From the NCBI GenBank assembly GCA_040219255.1, contig JAVJSW010000042.1:64001-128000 (forward strand): DNA of 64,000 nucleotides, read 5' to 3'. The translations under genes were made by a program, and so were the position numbers. Source of the DNA: Sumerlaeia bacterium. GTDB taxonomy: Bacteria; Sumerlaeota; Sumerlaeia; SLMS01; JAHLLQ01. A model generated the notes under the pieces. It was not told the origin of the DNA. It did not search any database and saw nothing but the letters and a program-made list of their open reading frames with translations. Shown here one piece after another: positions 1 through 10,100 of this stretch (the first letter of the stretch is position 1; each line of letters opens with the position of its first letter).

Positions 1-387
1 CTCGCCATCGCCGCGGCGGCCGCCCGGGTGGGCGTGCTGACCAACGCGCCGCACGAAACACAGGACCCGAAACTGGCCAGCATCGAAGCCAGGCACCACG
101 TGGAAATCATGATGGCCAGTGACGACGCGGGGGTCCTCAAGCCCGACCCCGGTTTCTTTGAGCGCGCCGAAGCCCTCGCCGGCCACCCACCCAAGGAACG
201 ACTCCTTTACGTTGGCGATTCCTGGGCCTTCGACATGGTGGGCGCCCACGCCGTCGGTTGGCATTGCCTGTGGATCGGCGGCGGCAATGAACCGCCGGAA
301 ACGCTCCCCCGCGTCCACGCTGTCGAGAGCATCGCCGAAGCCGCTATCTGGATCGCTGACCGCACCCAGGAAAGCGCGACCGCATGA
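1..387 (+). CDS. HAD-superfamily hydrolase (5'-truncated by window edge)
   Basis: HAD motifs II-IV: GVLTN, KPDP..F, LYVGDSWAFDMVGAHAVG; frame is open from base 1. Confidence 0.85.
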   Translation, partial: LAIAAAAARVGVLTNAPHETQDPKLASIEARHHVEIMMASDDAGVLKPDPGFFERAEALAGHPPKERLLYVGDSWAFDMVGAHAVGWHCLWIGGGNEPPETLPRVHAVESIAEAAIWIADRTQESATA

Positions 388-1319
388 GACCGGAGGCCAA
401 TCGTATGCTGTTTTCCTGGATCGTATTGGGGTCCGGCCTGCTGGTGGCCCCCGCTTGCCGGACGTCTGATCCGGTCGAGTCGCGGGTCGAGGATGTGACC
501 CTCGCCCTCGAACCGACCGCCAAAATCGACTCGAAGGAGATCGACGAATCGAGCGGTCTGGCCGCGAGCCGCGCCTACCCAGGCGTGATCTGGACCCACA
601 ACGACTCGGGCGACGACGCCCGCATCTTCGCCATCACTCGCGACGGCGAAAGCGTCTGTCCCGGCGGCGGCAACGACTGCACCGGCATCACAGTCCACGG
701 CGCGGTGAACCGCGATTGGGAAGACATCGCCCTCGATAGCGAAGGCAATCTCCTGATCGGAGACTTTGGCAACAACGACAACGAACGCGAGCGTCTCCGC
801 ATCTACGTTGTGCCCGAACCCAACCCTGCCGAAGCGGTGGACGCCACCGCGACCCAAGTCCTCAAGTTCCACTTCCCGGACCAAACCGCCTTTCCGCCTC
901 CGGAAAGCGAAATGAATTTTGATGTCGAAGCCATTTTTGAAACCGGCGGATCGATCTACGTCATGACCAAGCATCGCGGCGACACGCGCACCAAGTTGTA
1001 CCGCCTGCCCCGCCGTGATACCGAAGACTTGCAGACTGTCGAATTTCTGGCCTCCTATCCCATTGAGGGCATGGTCACCGCCGCCGACATCAGCGCCGAC
1101 GGCCGCCGGCTGGCGGTGTTGACTTATCAGGATGTCTGGCTCTTCGAGTCGGACACGCCGGGGCGTTGGCTGGAAACACAGGCCGTGTGCCGCTATCCGA
1201 TCCAGATGGGCCAGTGCGAGGGCATCACCTTCCTGAGCGATGGGCGCTTGCTCATTTCCAACGAAGGCCGCGACCTCTACGAAGTCAGTCTCGACCTGCC
1301 CAGCCCCGCCAGCAAATAG
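384..1319 (+). CDS. Putative lipoprotein, beta-propeller-like (SdiA-regulated/phytase-like)
   Basis: Lipobox-like VAPAC; repeats ESSGLA, WTHNDSG, DWEDIA, FDVEAI, VTAADIS, QCEGITF; ATGA overlap with the HAD gene. Confidence 0.65.
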   Translation: MRPEANRMLFSWIVLGSGLLVAPACRTSDPVESRVEDVTLALEPTAKIDSKEIDESSGLAASRAYPGVIWTHNDSGDDARIFAITRDGESVCPGGGNDCTGITVHGAVNRDWEDIALDSEGNLLIGDFGNNDNERERLRIYVVPEPNPAEAVDATATQVLKFHFPDQTAFPPPESEMNFDVEAIFETGGSIYVMTKHRGDTRTKLYRLPRRDTEDLQTVEFLASYPIEGMVTAADISADGRRLAVLTYQDVWLFESDTPGRWLETQAVCRYPIQMGQCEGITFLSDGRLLISNEGRDLYEVSLDLPSPASK

Positions 1320-1417
1320 CCTCCGCCGGTTGGCAAAGGTTCTGCTCTGACCGGATCGCGCACTGAGCCCCGGCTCATCTCCGGCCCATTTCCTCTGCCA
1401 AGCGACTCAAACCGACC

Positions 1418-1855
1418 ATGGAACGCATCACCGTCCTCGCCAAATTCCACACCGGCCATCGCCAACTCGGCTACCCGGGCAAGTGCGCCTGGGTCCACGG
1501 CCATACCTGGCGCGGGAAAGTCACCGTCCGCACGGAAGAATTCCCCCGCGACCGCCTCGACATGGCGCTCGATTTTGGCGACCTGAAGCACATCATGCGC
1601 GAATTCGATCATCGCATCATCATCACCGAAGGCGACAAGACCTTCCAGAACACGGAACTCTTCGAACCCGAAGGCGTCATCCTGATCGAAGGCTCCGGCC
1701 CCAGCGTCGAGAACGTCGCCCGCCACGTCTTCAAAGGCGTCGTCGACCACATTAAAGACAAGTTTCCCGGATTCGACAAAGACTATCACATCGAAGTCGA
1801 AATCCAGGAAACGGACAATAACTTTTTCGCGGTGGAGAAGACGGTTAGAATCTAG
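1418..1855 (+). CDS. queD: 6-carboxytetrahydropterin synthase (PTPS/QueD family)
   Basis: FHTGH, C-x3-HGH (CAWVHGHTW), LDFGDLK, FDHR, PSVEN, ETDNN motifs. Confidence 0.88.
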   Translation: MERITVLAKFHTGHRQLGYPGKCAWVHGHTWRGKVTVRTEEFPRDRLDMALDFGDLKHIMREFDHRIIITEGDKTFQNTELFEPEGVILIEGSGPSVENVARHVFKGVVDHIKDKFPGFDKDYHIEVEIQETDNNFFAVEKTVRI

Positions 1856-1900
1856 CAGCCGCCCTTGGCTGTCCCTCCTGAATGCGGCATTGCGAGCCGC

Positions 1901-3139
1901 TTAGCTGCCATACTTCATCAGCCGGCCCGCATGCGCCATGATCAGTTGCATGATTTCGTAGCTGGGGAATACGCCGAAGGTACCCTTGTCACATTCGCGC
2001 TCGGTATAACGTTTTCCGTCGTCCACATCGCAGAGCTTGCTGGTGATGACCAAGGGCACTGGATGGAAGCTGTGACTCTTCATCGGCGGCGGCGTCGAGT
2101 GGTCGCCGGTGATGGCGATGACGTCGGGCTTCAGTTCGTTCAGCACGACGGCCAGCGCGGCGTCCGTTTCCTCGATCACCTTGATCTTGCCGTCGCGGTT
2201 GCCGTCCTCGCCGTTGCTGTCGGTTTTCTTCACGTGCAGGAAGAAGAAATCGTAGTCGTTCCAGACTTCCTTGAGCGTCGCGAATTCGTCGGCGACGGTC
2301 GTGCCGGTCTTGAGCACATCCATCCCGCAGAGTCGCGCCACGCCGCGATAGAGCGGATAGGTGGCGATGGCGCAGGACTTGAGGCCGTAGCGGTTCTGGA
2401 AGCTCGGCAGGCCCGGGTCCTGGGCGATGCCGCGCAGGGTGAAACCGTTGGCCTTGGGCTCGTCCTTGATGGCGGCGCTCATGGCAGCGATGGCTTTTTC
2501 CAGAACCTTCGCGGTTTTGGCGGTCGCCGGGGAGTCGTTCTCCGGCGTCACCGGCAGGGGCGCCTTGCCGGTCTTCTGCGGATCCGTGTCGGCGATTCCG
2601 GCGGCGAGGCCTTCACCCTCCAGCACCAGGCAGAAGCGGTATTCCTTCACCGGCAGAACCTTGACCTGGACGCCGTCGATGGGGTCCTTGACGGCGGCCT
2701 GCATCTTGTCGAGCACCGGCTTGGCCTCATCGCCGCCGATGCGGCCCGCCCGGCGGTCGGTGATAACGCCGTTCACGTCCAGGGTAGCGAAGTTGCCGCG
2801 AATCGCCACATCGGTTTTCTTCAAAGGATAATCAATACCGGCGGCTTCCAGAACGCCCCGGCCGATGTCGTTGCCCGGCACCAGGGGATTGAACCCGAAC
2901 AGCGAAAGATGGCCCGGGCCGGAGCCGACCGCCAGCCCACGCGCCGCCGGCGTCACGCGGCCCAGCGAACCCTCTGCCGCGATGCGGTCCAGATTCGGCG
3001 TCTTGGCCGCCTCCAGCTCTGTCGTGGGGTGCTCCAGCGTCCGCATGCCACCCACACCGTCCATGACGATCAGGAGGATTTTCGAGCCGTTGTCGTTCAG
3101 CAGGCCCTTGATGATCGGGGCGATATTGACTTCACTCAT
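1901..3139 (-). CDS. apgM: 2,3-bisphosphoglycerate-independent phosphoglycerate mutase (ApgM type)
   Basis: LIVMDGVGG, TELEAAKTPNLD, GSGPGHLSL, GRGVLEAAG, HVKKTD, TGDHSTP, HSFHPVP; start set at MSEVN (3139). Confidence 0.92.
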   Translation of the reverse strand: MSEVNIAPIIKGLLNDNGSKILLIVMDGVGGMRTLEHPTTELEAAKTPNLDRIAAEGSLGRVTPAARGLAVGSGPGHLSLFGFNPLVPGNDIGRGVLEAAGIDYPLKKTDVAIRGNFATLDVNGVITDRRAGRIGGDEAKPVLDKMQAAVKDPIDGVQVKVLPVKEYRFCLVLEGEGLAAGIADTDPQKTGKAPLPVTPENDSPATAKTAKVLEKAIAAMSAAIKDEPKANGFTLRGIAQDPGLPSFQNRYGLKSCAIATYPLYRGVARLCGMDVLKTGTTVADEFATLKEVWNDYDFFFLHVKKTDSNGEDGNRDGKIKVIEETDAALAVVLNELKPDVIAITGDHSTPPPMKSHSFHPVPLVITSKLCDVDDGKRYTERECDKGTFGVFPSYEIMQLIMAHAGRLMKYGS

Positions 3140-3335
3140 GAGGAAAAAACCATTCCGTTCGAAGACTTTGCCGGAGCGCTCCCGCGCGGCGGCGGCGTGC
3201 CGGCAGCGGGAAGCGTCGCTCTCCAGCGCCGGGGGGGTCAAGGCGCTATGGACTTGCGGCGCGCCGGTCTTGAGTCCTAAGAAGAAGGGGCCTGCCCCTT
3301 GACCAGCCCCCACCCAGGAAGGCCCGCGCCCGCCC

Positions 3336-4280
3336 ATGACATTGACCGTTTCCCGGCTCTTGCAAGAAAAACGCAAGCAGTTCGATCTGACCCTCCGCCA
3401 CGGCGCCACTGGTCTCGACAAACCGATCCACACCAGCGAACTGAACCGCCCGGGTCTGGCCTTCGCCGGGTTCCTGGGCGTTTACACGCACGATCGAATC
3501 CAGATTCTCGGCAACACGGAAATCGCCTATCTGTCGTCCCTGGCCGCCGAGGATCGGCGCCAGCGGCTCGAAAAGGCCCTCTCCTCCGAATACGAAATTC
3601 CCTGCTTCATCGTCACCGATGCGGGGGCTCCGCCCACCGAGCTGTGCGAAATCTGCGATCGCGAAGGCATCCCGCTCCTGACCACGTCCCGCCCCACGAC
3701 GCGGTTTTGGAGCAATATGACCTTCTACCTGGAGCGCGAGTTCGCTCCCACCGCCACCATCCACGGCGTGCTGATGGATATTTTCGGCATTGGCGTCCTG
3801 ATCCAGGGCAGCGCCGGCGTCGGCAAGAGCGAGTGCGGCCTGGAACTGATCGAGCGCGGCCACCAGCTCGTCGCCGACGACGTGGTCGTTGTGAAGCGCC
3901 TGTCCAAGACCCTGGTGGTTGGCACCGCCGTCAGCGACATCCAGCACCACATGGAAGTTCGCGGCCTAGGCATCGTCGATGTAGAGCTGCTTTTCGGCGC
4001 CGGCTCCGTGCGCGAGGAAAAGCGCATCAGCGTGGTAGTGCGACTCGAACGCGCCGACTGCGGTTTCGAAGTGGACCGCCTCGGCATCGACGAGAAATAC
4101 ACGCGGATTCTCGATGTAGACGTGCGCGAGTTCTGCATTCCCCTGGAACCGGGCCGCAACGCCGCCATCCTGGTCGAAGTCGCCGCCCTGCAGCACCGCA
4201 TCCACGCCAAGGGCCGCAACCCGGCGCAGGAACTGAACGAGAAGCTGATCAAGCAAATGGAGCGGTCGCGGCTGGTGTGA
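3336..4280 (+). CDS. hprK: HPr kinase/phosphorylase
   Basis: RPGLAFAGF, HGVLMDIFGIGVLIQG, Walker A GSAGVGKSE, LVADD, MEVRGLGI, PGRN. Confidence 0.96.
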   Translation: MTLTVSRLLQEKRKQFDLTLRHGATGLDKPIHTSELNRPGLAFAGFLGVYTHDRIQILGNTEIAYLSSLAAEDRRQRLEKALSSEYEIPCFIVTDAGAPPTELCEICDREGIPLLTTSRPTTRFWSNMTFYLEREFAPTATIHGVLMDIFGIGVLIQGSAGVGKSECGLELIERGHQLVADDVVVVKRLSKTLVVGTAVSDIQHHMEVRGLGIVDVELLFGAGSVREEKRISVVVRLERADCGFEVDRLGIDEKYTRILDVDVREFCIPLEPGRNAAILVEVAALQHRIHAKGRNPAQELNEKLIKQMERSRLV

Positions 4281-4428
4281 GAATTTTCGCCGCGACTGAC
4301 ACAGATAAACACAGCGATCGATCAAATTCCTCGGCTATCTTCCACATCATCTCTCGGTCTTGAGTCCCGCATCAAGAGGGTTCATCTATGCCCATCTGTG
4401 GGCACAGAAACCATCCCGCCGGCCCGCA

Positions 4429-5082
4429 TCAATACGCCGGGTTCAGCCGGCCCCCGCGCTCGGCATCCTCTTCGGTTCCTGCGGGACCCGCCGGGATCGC
4501 TTCGAGCGCCGCGTCGTCCGCGTCTTCGTTCAGTTCCCGAGTCCCCTCGCTAAACGTCGGGGGGGCGGGGGCGGCAGCTTCGAATCCGGGCGGCAGGACG
4601 CTCAGATCTTCCTCGACCGCATCGGTGTCCGCCGCCACCTCCTGGGCAACCGCTTCCGCCAGGGTGGCCGTTGTGGCGTCGTCGCGAAACTTGATGGCCG
4701 TTCCGCGCAGAAACGCCAGTTCATACTCCCCCTGGCGCCAGGCTTTGAAAGGCACCGCCGGGTCCGGCACGAATCCCTTATGCTCTTCCTGCAGCAGTTC
4801 GATCTCCACCACCGCGTCCGCCCCCAGCTTCGCCGCGCGCGCTTGCAGTTCCTTGAGCTGGGCACGCTTCTCAACCACCGTCGGCATGTCTTCGGTATCG
4901 CTGTTCACATAGGCGATGCGGGTGTGGGGCCGATTCACCGGGCCGATGAAAAGGCGCACCGATTCGGGGTTGGCGGCCGGTTCGAAGCGTTCGGTGGTCA
5001 AGCGGTGGACCTTGGTGTTGGTGCAGCCAACGGACTGCGTCAGCGCGACCGCCAGGACGGGGATCAGGGGGGCGAACTTCAT
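4429..5082 (-). CDS. Putative lipoprotein (YbjQ/heavy-metal-binding-like fold) with acidic tail
   Basis: MKFAPLIPVLAVALTQSVGC lipobox; LQARAAKLGADAVV...GTAIKF pattern. Confidence 0.6.
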   Translation of the reverse strand: MKFAPLIPVLAVALTQSVGCTNTKVHRLTTERFEPAANPESVRLFIGPVNRPHTRIAYVNSDTEDMPTVVEKRAQLKELQARAAKLGADAVVEIELLQEEHKGFVPDPAVPFKAWRQGEYELAFLRGTAIKFRDDATTATLAEAVAQEVAADTDAVEEDLSVLPPGFEAAAPAPPTFSEGTRELNEDADDAALEAIPAGPAGTEEDAERGGRLNPAY

Positions 5083-5110
5083 CGGCGGGGGTAGGCTCTC
5101 TGGGTCGGGA

Positions 5111-5359
5111 TCACGCGTCCGCCGCCGGGTCGACGGGCACGCGGGCGGTCTTGGGATTGGGTTCTTCGAGCGTTTCGAAGACCGATTGATTGTAGAACTC
5201 GGTGAAACCGCAAAGGCCACAGGTCACCACATAGTATCCTGTGACCGGCAACGGCAACTTGCCGCTGGGCAGCGAAGCGCTGCCCACATGGCAAACGTGG
5301 GACTTGCACTTGGGACAGTGAAAGCGAGCCCTGAGGTCGTTCTCTGCGCGATGACTCAT
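5111..5359 (-). CDS. Small zinc-ribbon protein (DUF2082-like)
   Basis: FHCPKC ... VTCGLCGFTEFY; start overlaps the upstream stop (ATGA). Confidence 0.75.
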   Translation of the reverse strand: MSHRAENDLRARFHCPKCKSHVCHVGSASLPSGKLPLPVTGYYVVTCGLCGFTEFYNQSVFETLEEPNPKTARVPVDPAADA

Positions 5360-6639
5360 GTGGCGGGGGGATCCTGCGGTTTTGTAAGGTCCGGCCGAGG
5401 CCCGGGAACGGGCGCCTGGGAAGGCCCGGCGGGTTGACCGGTACCTTGCCCCTGCGCCGAAGCGGGTGCAAAGGGAAAGGCGCGCGGTGGTGGACCCGGA
5501 GGCGCGGGCGGGGCAGGAGCGGCCGGCGGACTCTGCGGCGGAACGGGCGGGGGGCCTCCGGCCACGGGCCCCGGCTGGGAAATGGGCTGCGGCGGCGCAG
5601 TCCCATCCGCCCGGCCGTACGCCTCGTCGTACCAGTTCTCCCACTGCTTCAGATTCTCGAACCCCCGATAGTGATTTGCGTTTCCCCGGGCGAACACGTT
5701 GGGCGGCAACGGCGGCGGCGGAGCCGCAGGGACGTCGACATAAGGCTCCCTCGCTTCGCCGGAAACGCCGGTTTCCTCAGGGATCGGAGCCGGCAGGCCG
5801 GTGAACCCTCGTCCGCCCGCCGGCACCGTGACCAGGCCATCGGACATCGCCTGGAGCCGCGCCATCCACTGCCGCTCTTCCATATGGAACTCGAAACGGT
5901 CGGCCCCCAAACCGAAGTAGGTCTCGTAAGCCCGGATGCGGATCTGGAAATAAAGCGGCGCCGTGACGATCAGAAAGAGCGGACAAATCGCCGACGGGAT
6001 GGCGATCAGACTCAGCAGCAGGTTGAAAACCGCCAGCCCGAGCCAGTCGCGCCGCGCGCAATCCGCCCCGAAGCGAATCGCCGATAGGAAATCCAGCCGT
6101 TTGTCCACGACCAACGGCACCACGAAGAGCCGCAGCGGCCAGAAAATCGCCAGCCCCAGCAGGTACATCACGCCCCCGAAGAACAGGCTGAAGGTAGCCC
6201 CCGCGCTCGATGGGGCGGAGCCCGACAGGCCGGACAGGGCGAAGACGAGAAAAGGCAACGCCAGGATCGCGGCCCCAATGTTGACCGCCACCATGCTGAA
6301 ATAGTAGGCCAGCAGTCCTTGAATGTAGGAAGGAGCGTCGCGCTGGAAATCCGCCCAGGCCGGTTCGCGGCCGTGCAAACGAGCCAGCGCCGTCCCCGTC
6401 ACGCCCACTTCGATGATGCCGCGGCCCGCTAGAATCGCGATGAGACCGAAGGCCGTGCCCGCGTTGAACATGTCCAACGTCAGAAACAACGCGCGGCCAA
6501 CGCTCATCATCAAACCCGTCCCGATCGCCACCGCCATGGCCGCCGCGCCAAAGGGCAAGACCGCCTCCCACTCGGCATTGCAATCCTGCCACCCGGAGCG
6601 GAACCATTGGGAGAAGCGCGAGAAGGCGATGGGATTCAT
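5356..6639 (-). CDS. Integral membrane protein with Pro-rich C-terminal tail
   Basis: About 5-6 hydrophobic segments, VVDKRLDFLSAI motif, then a long Pro/Ala-rich tail. Confidence 0.7.
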   Translation of the reverse strand: MNPIAFSRFSQWFRSGWQDCNAEWEAVLPFGAAAMAVAIGTGLMMSVGRALFLTLDMFNAGTAFGLIAILAGRGIIEVGVTGTALARLHGREPAWADFQRDAPSYIQGLLAYYFSMVAVNIGAAILALPFLVFALSGLSGSAPSSAGATFSLFFGGVMYLLGLAIFWPLRLFVVPLVVDKRLDFLSAIRFGADCARRDWLGLAVFNLLLSLIAIPSAICPLFLIVTAPLYFQIRIRAYETYFGLGADRFEFHMEERQWMARLQAMSDGLVTVPAGGRGFTGLPAPIPEETGVSGEAREPYVDVPAAPPPPLPPNVFARGNANHYRGFENLKQWENWYDEAYGRADGTAPPQPISQPGPVAGGPPPVPPQSPPAAPAPPAPPGPPPRAFPFAPASAQGQGTGQPAGPSQAPVPGPRPDLTKPQDPPAT

Positions 6640-6803
6640 GAAACGAACGGGAAATCGGAGAGTGGGGTTGCGCTAGATCGCAACACGACCCGGGGCGCAA
6701 GAGCGATGAAAAAATTTCATCAGGGCAAAGTTAGGAAACCGGTACGAAACCCGCTTACGGGCATCTGTGGGTGATAGCGCAACTATCTCTGAGCAGGGGG
6801 CTG

Positions 6804-6846
6804 AATTTATCCCGGAGTTTTCTGAACTCTGGGATAAATTCTTTTT
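6804..6846 (+). terminator. Strong hairpin plus T-run (terminator/attenuator-like) in the divergent intergenic region
   Basis: AATTTATCCCGGAGTT-ttctg-AACTCTGGGATAAATT (16-bp stem, one G-U pair) followed by CTTTTT. Confidence 0.55.
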
Positions 6847-7144
6847 AGCCACCGGAGAAAGCCGTTGACATCTGGGTCATAATGGCGTGCAACGATTTGC
6901 AAACAAAAATTTGGGAGGAATTGCCTCCCAAACCCCACGCCGCTCGCGCCGGAAATCCCAGCCCCCTCTGTCGCAAGCCTGCAACGCCTTATGTTTCATC
7001 CCTTCGAATGCGGGCAAGAACTTACCTACCGCTCCCTCGCCCTTCCATCTCGCCCCCTTCGACCCTTAGCTGTTGAGTCAGCGGCCCGTTTCCGGCCATT
7101 CTCGCGGGTGCTTTGCGCGCCAACTCCCTCTCGTTAGGAAGCCG

Positions 7145-10100
7145 ATGCCCCCGCTCATTTCCCCTCCGAATTCGCCCCTCGATCGACTCCCTCCGGTGGT
7201 CCATACCCGATGGTTCCGTATTGCCCTGCTGAACCTGATCGACGCCGCGCTGCTCGCCTTCTGCTGGATTCTCGCCTACGCGTTGCGCTTCGCCTTCGAC
7301 ATTCCGGCGGAGCCCTTGGGCCAGGGCGACTACCTCCTGCAAATGAAACTCGCTTTGCCGGCGGTTCTGATCCTGCACCTGGCGGCCTTCTGGGCCTTCG
7401 GCGTCTATCGCGGCATGATGCGATACGCCAGCCTGCAGGAAGCGGCCCGCATCGCCGCCGCCTGCGCCGCCGTCTGGCTTGCGCTGGTCGCTTTCAGCAC
7501 TTTCCTGCCCGGATTCAGCCGCCTCGGCGATCTGCCCCTCCATCCCAACGGCGATGAAGAAGTCCTCGGCATTCCCCGCAGTGCCATCACGATCTATTTC
7601 TTCGTCTCGGTGCTCTTCATCGGTGGCCTGCGATTCTCGCGCCGCCTGTTCCTCGAGGGCCGCGCCCGCTTCGAGGACAGCGCCCTTCCCACCCTGGTGG
7701 TGGGTGCCGGCGATTTGGCGGAAAACGCGCTGAGAGACGTGCTCCGTGCCGAGACCTCGTCCTTCCGCCCCGTCTGTGCCGTCGCCACCCAGAAGGGCCG
7801 CGTCGGCGCCCGTCTCCAGGGCGTCCTGGTGGAAGGCACGATCGACGATGTGGAGCGCCTGATTGGCGAGAAAAAGGTCGAAAGCGTCCTGATCGCCCTC
7901 GACGAAGACGACCCGGCGGTGCTGCGCAAAGTCGTCCGTCAGTGTCAGAACGCCAAGGTGACTTTCCGCATCATCCCCTCGATGCGCGACATCGCCGCCG
8001 GCCGCGTCCAGGTCAGCCCGCTGCGCGAAGTCCGCATCGAAGACCTGCTGGGCCGCGAGCCTGTCAATCTGGCGCTGCCGGAAGAGCGCAACGTCCTGCG
8101 CGGCGAGGTGGTCCTGATCACCGGCGCCGGTGGCTCCATCGGCAGCGAACTCTGCCGCCAGGTGGCCCGCGCCAGACCCGAGGGCATGGTGCTGGTCGGA
8201 AAAGGCGAAAACTCGATCTACGAGATCGCCCTCGAACTCTCGCGCAAGCATCCCGGCCTGCCCATCGAACCCGTCGTCGCCGACGTTCGCGACGCCCGCC
8301 GCATGGCGCAAATCTTCGAAGCCACCGCCCCCACCGTCGTCTTCCACGCCGCCGCCCACAAGCATGTCCCTCTGATGGAGGGCCAACCCACCGAGGCCGT
8401 GAAGAACAACGTCGTGGGCACCAGCGTGATGGCCTTCCTCGCCAAAGAGTACGCCGTGAAGCGGTTCCTGCTCATCAGCACGGACAAAGCCGTGCGCCCC
8501 GCCAGCATCATGGGAGCCACCAAACGCGTCGCCGAAATGATCGTCTTCAGCCTCGCCCGCCAGGCCCAGGCCGAGGGTCTCCCGACACGCTATCACGCGG
8601 TGCGCTTCGGCAACGTGCTGGGCAGCCGCGGGTCCGTCATTCCCCTCTTCAAGCGCCAGATCGCCGAGGGCGGCCCCGTTACCGTCACGCACCCGGACGT
8701 CGTCCGCTACTTCATGACGATCCCGGAAGCGGTCAGCCTCGTCCTCCAGGCCAATTCGCGCGACGAAAGCGGCGTTCTGTTCCTCCTCGACATGGGCGAA
8801 CCGGTCCGCATTTCCGACCTCGCGGCGACGCTGATCACCCTGTCTGGTCTGCGCGAGGGTCAGGACATCGAAATCGCCTACACGGGCCTGCGCCCGGGCG
8901 AGAAGCTCGAGGAAGAACTCCTCACCGAAACGGAAGACGCGGAAGCCACCGAGATCACCAAAGTCTGGCTCGCCCGGCCCAAGTCCATCCCTGAGTGGGA
9001 GGACGCCAAAGAGCTGCTGGCGCGCCTGCAAAACGCCGCCGACCGCGGCAGCGCCGCCGAAATCCTCGCCATTCTCAACGAAGTCGTCCCCGATTTCGCC
9101 GCCAACCCGGACTTCGACGTGGACGCCGAAGAGCGAATCGCCGAATCCGCCAGCGCCAAATCCCGCGCCATCCAGGACCTCCTCTACCCCGCTGCGCTGA
9201 CTGTCGAGCTTCCGGAAGAGACCGGCGCGAAGGAATCGGTCGCTGAAACGGAGGATGCGCCCCAATCCGTCCAGGCCGCTGCGGCCGCCAGGTCCATCGA
9301 CGCGCCGTTGGAACTCAAGAGCGGCGAGATCGACGTCACCGCCCTTCGCGACGAAGATCAGTCAGCGGTCAGCAGCGACCGTGTCGCCCGCCTCGACGAC
9401 CTGGAGCGCGGCCAGTTCGACGCGCCCGATTTTCCCGACGACGAGCCCGTTCACCCCGAAAGCCTGGAAGAACCCACGCCTCAACCCGGCGACCGCGAAC
9501 TGCTCGCCGAGAACGAAACCATCGACGAAATCGAAGAGTACGCCCCCCCGGCCCTCGGCCAGGACACGGAAAGCAGTTCGCGGGTGCCGCAAGATTTGCT
9601 GACCGACCTGAGCGAGGAAGACGGCCCGGGCTTCGAAACGCGCGAATTCTCCCGCTTCGATCTGCACCGCCTTGAGGACCGACCCGCTTCCGGCCCGCCA
9701 GCGGAGGAGGTCGCCGAGGCCCTCGCGAAAGCCCAGCCTCTCGATCTCTCGCAGGCTCCGCCCCCTCCCGCCCCCGAGGAGCCCGCCGCCGGCGTACCGG
9801 CCCCGGCGGCGATCGAGCCGCCTCTGCCCCCCATGGAACCCACAATGGCGGACTTTGCCGCCGAAGACCAAACCACCAAACCCCCTCAACAGGATATTGA
9901 AATGACGGAATCCACCCCCATTCATCGCCCGCCGTGCGCCATCTTCGCCCGCGTGGATTTGGACCCGACGGCTTCGTTGGAGGACTTTCTCGCCAGTCTG
10001 ACCGGCCTCCTCGGTCCCGACGACCGGGTGCTCATTCCCCATGGACAGGCCACCGCCCACGCCGCCGCTCTCGGCGACCGCCTCGTGAATCTGCCGGAAG

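Noticed and set aside
6865-6883. TTGACA...CATAAT as a sigma70 promoter
   Set aside because: The spacer is only 7 nt, far from the required ~17
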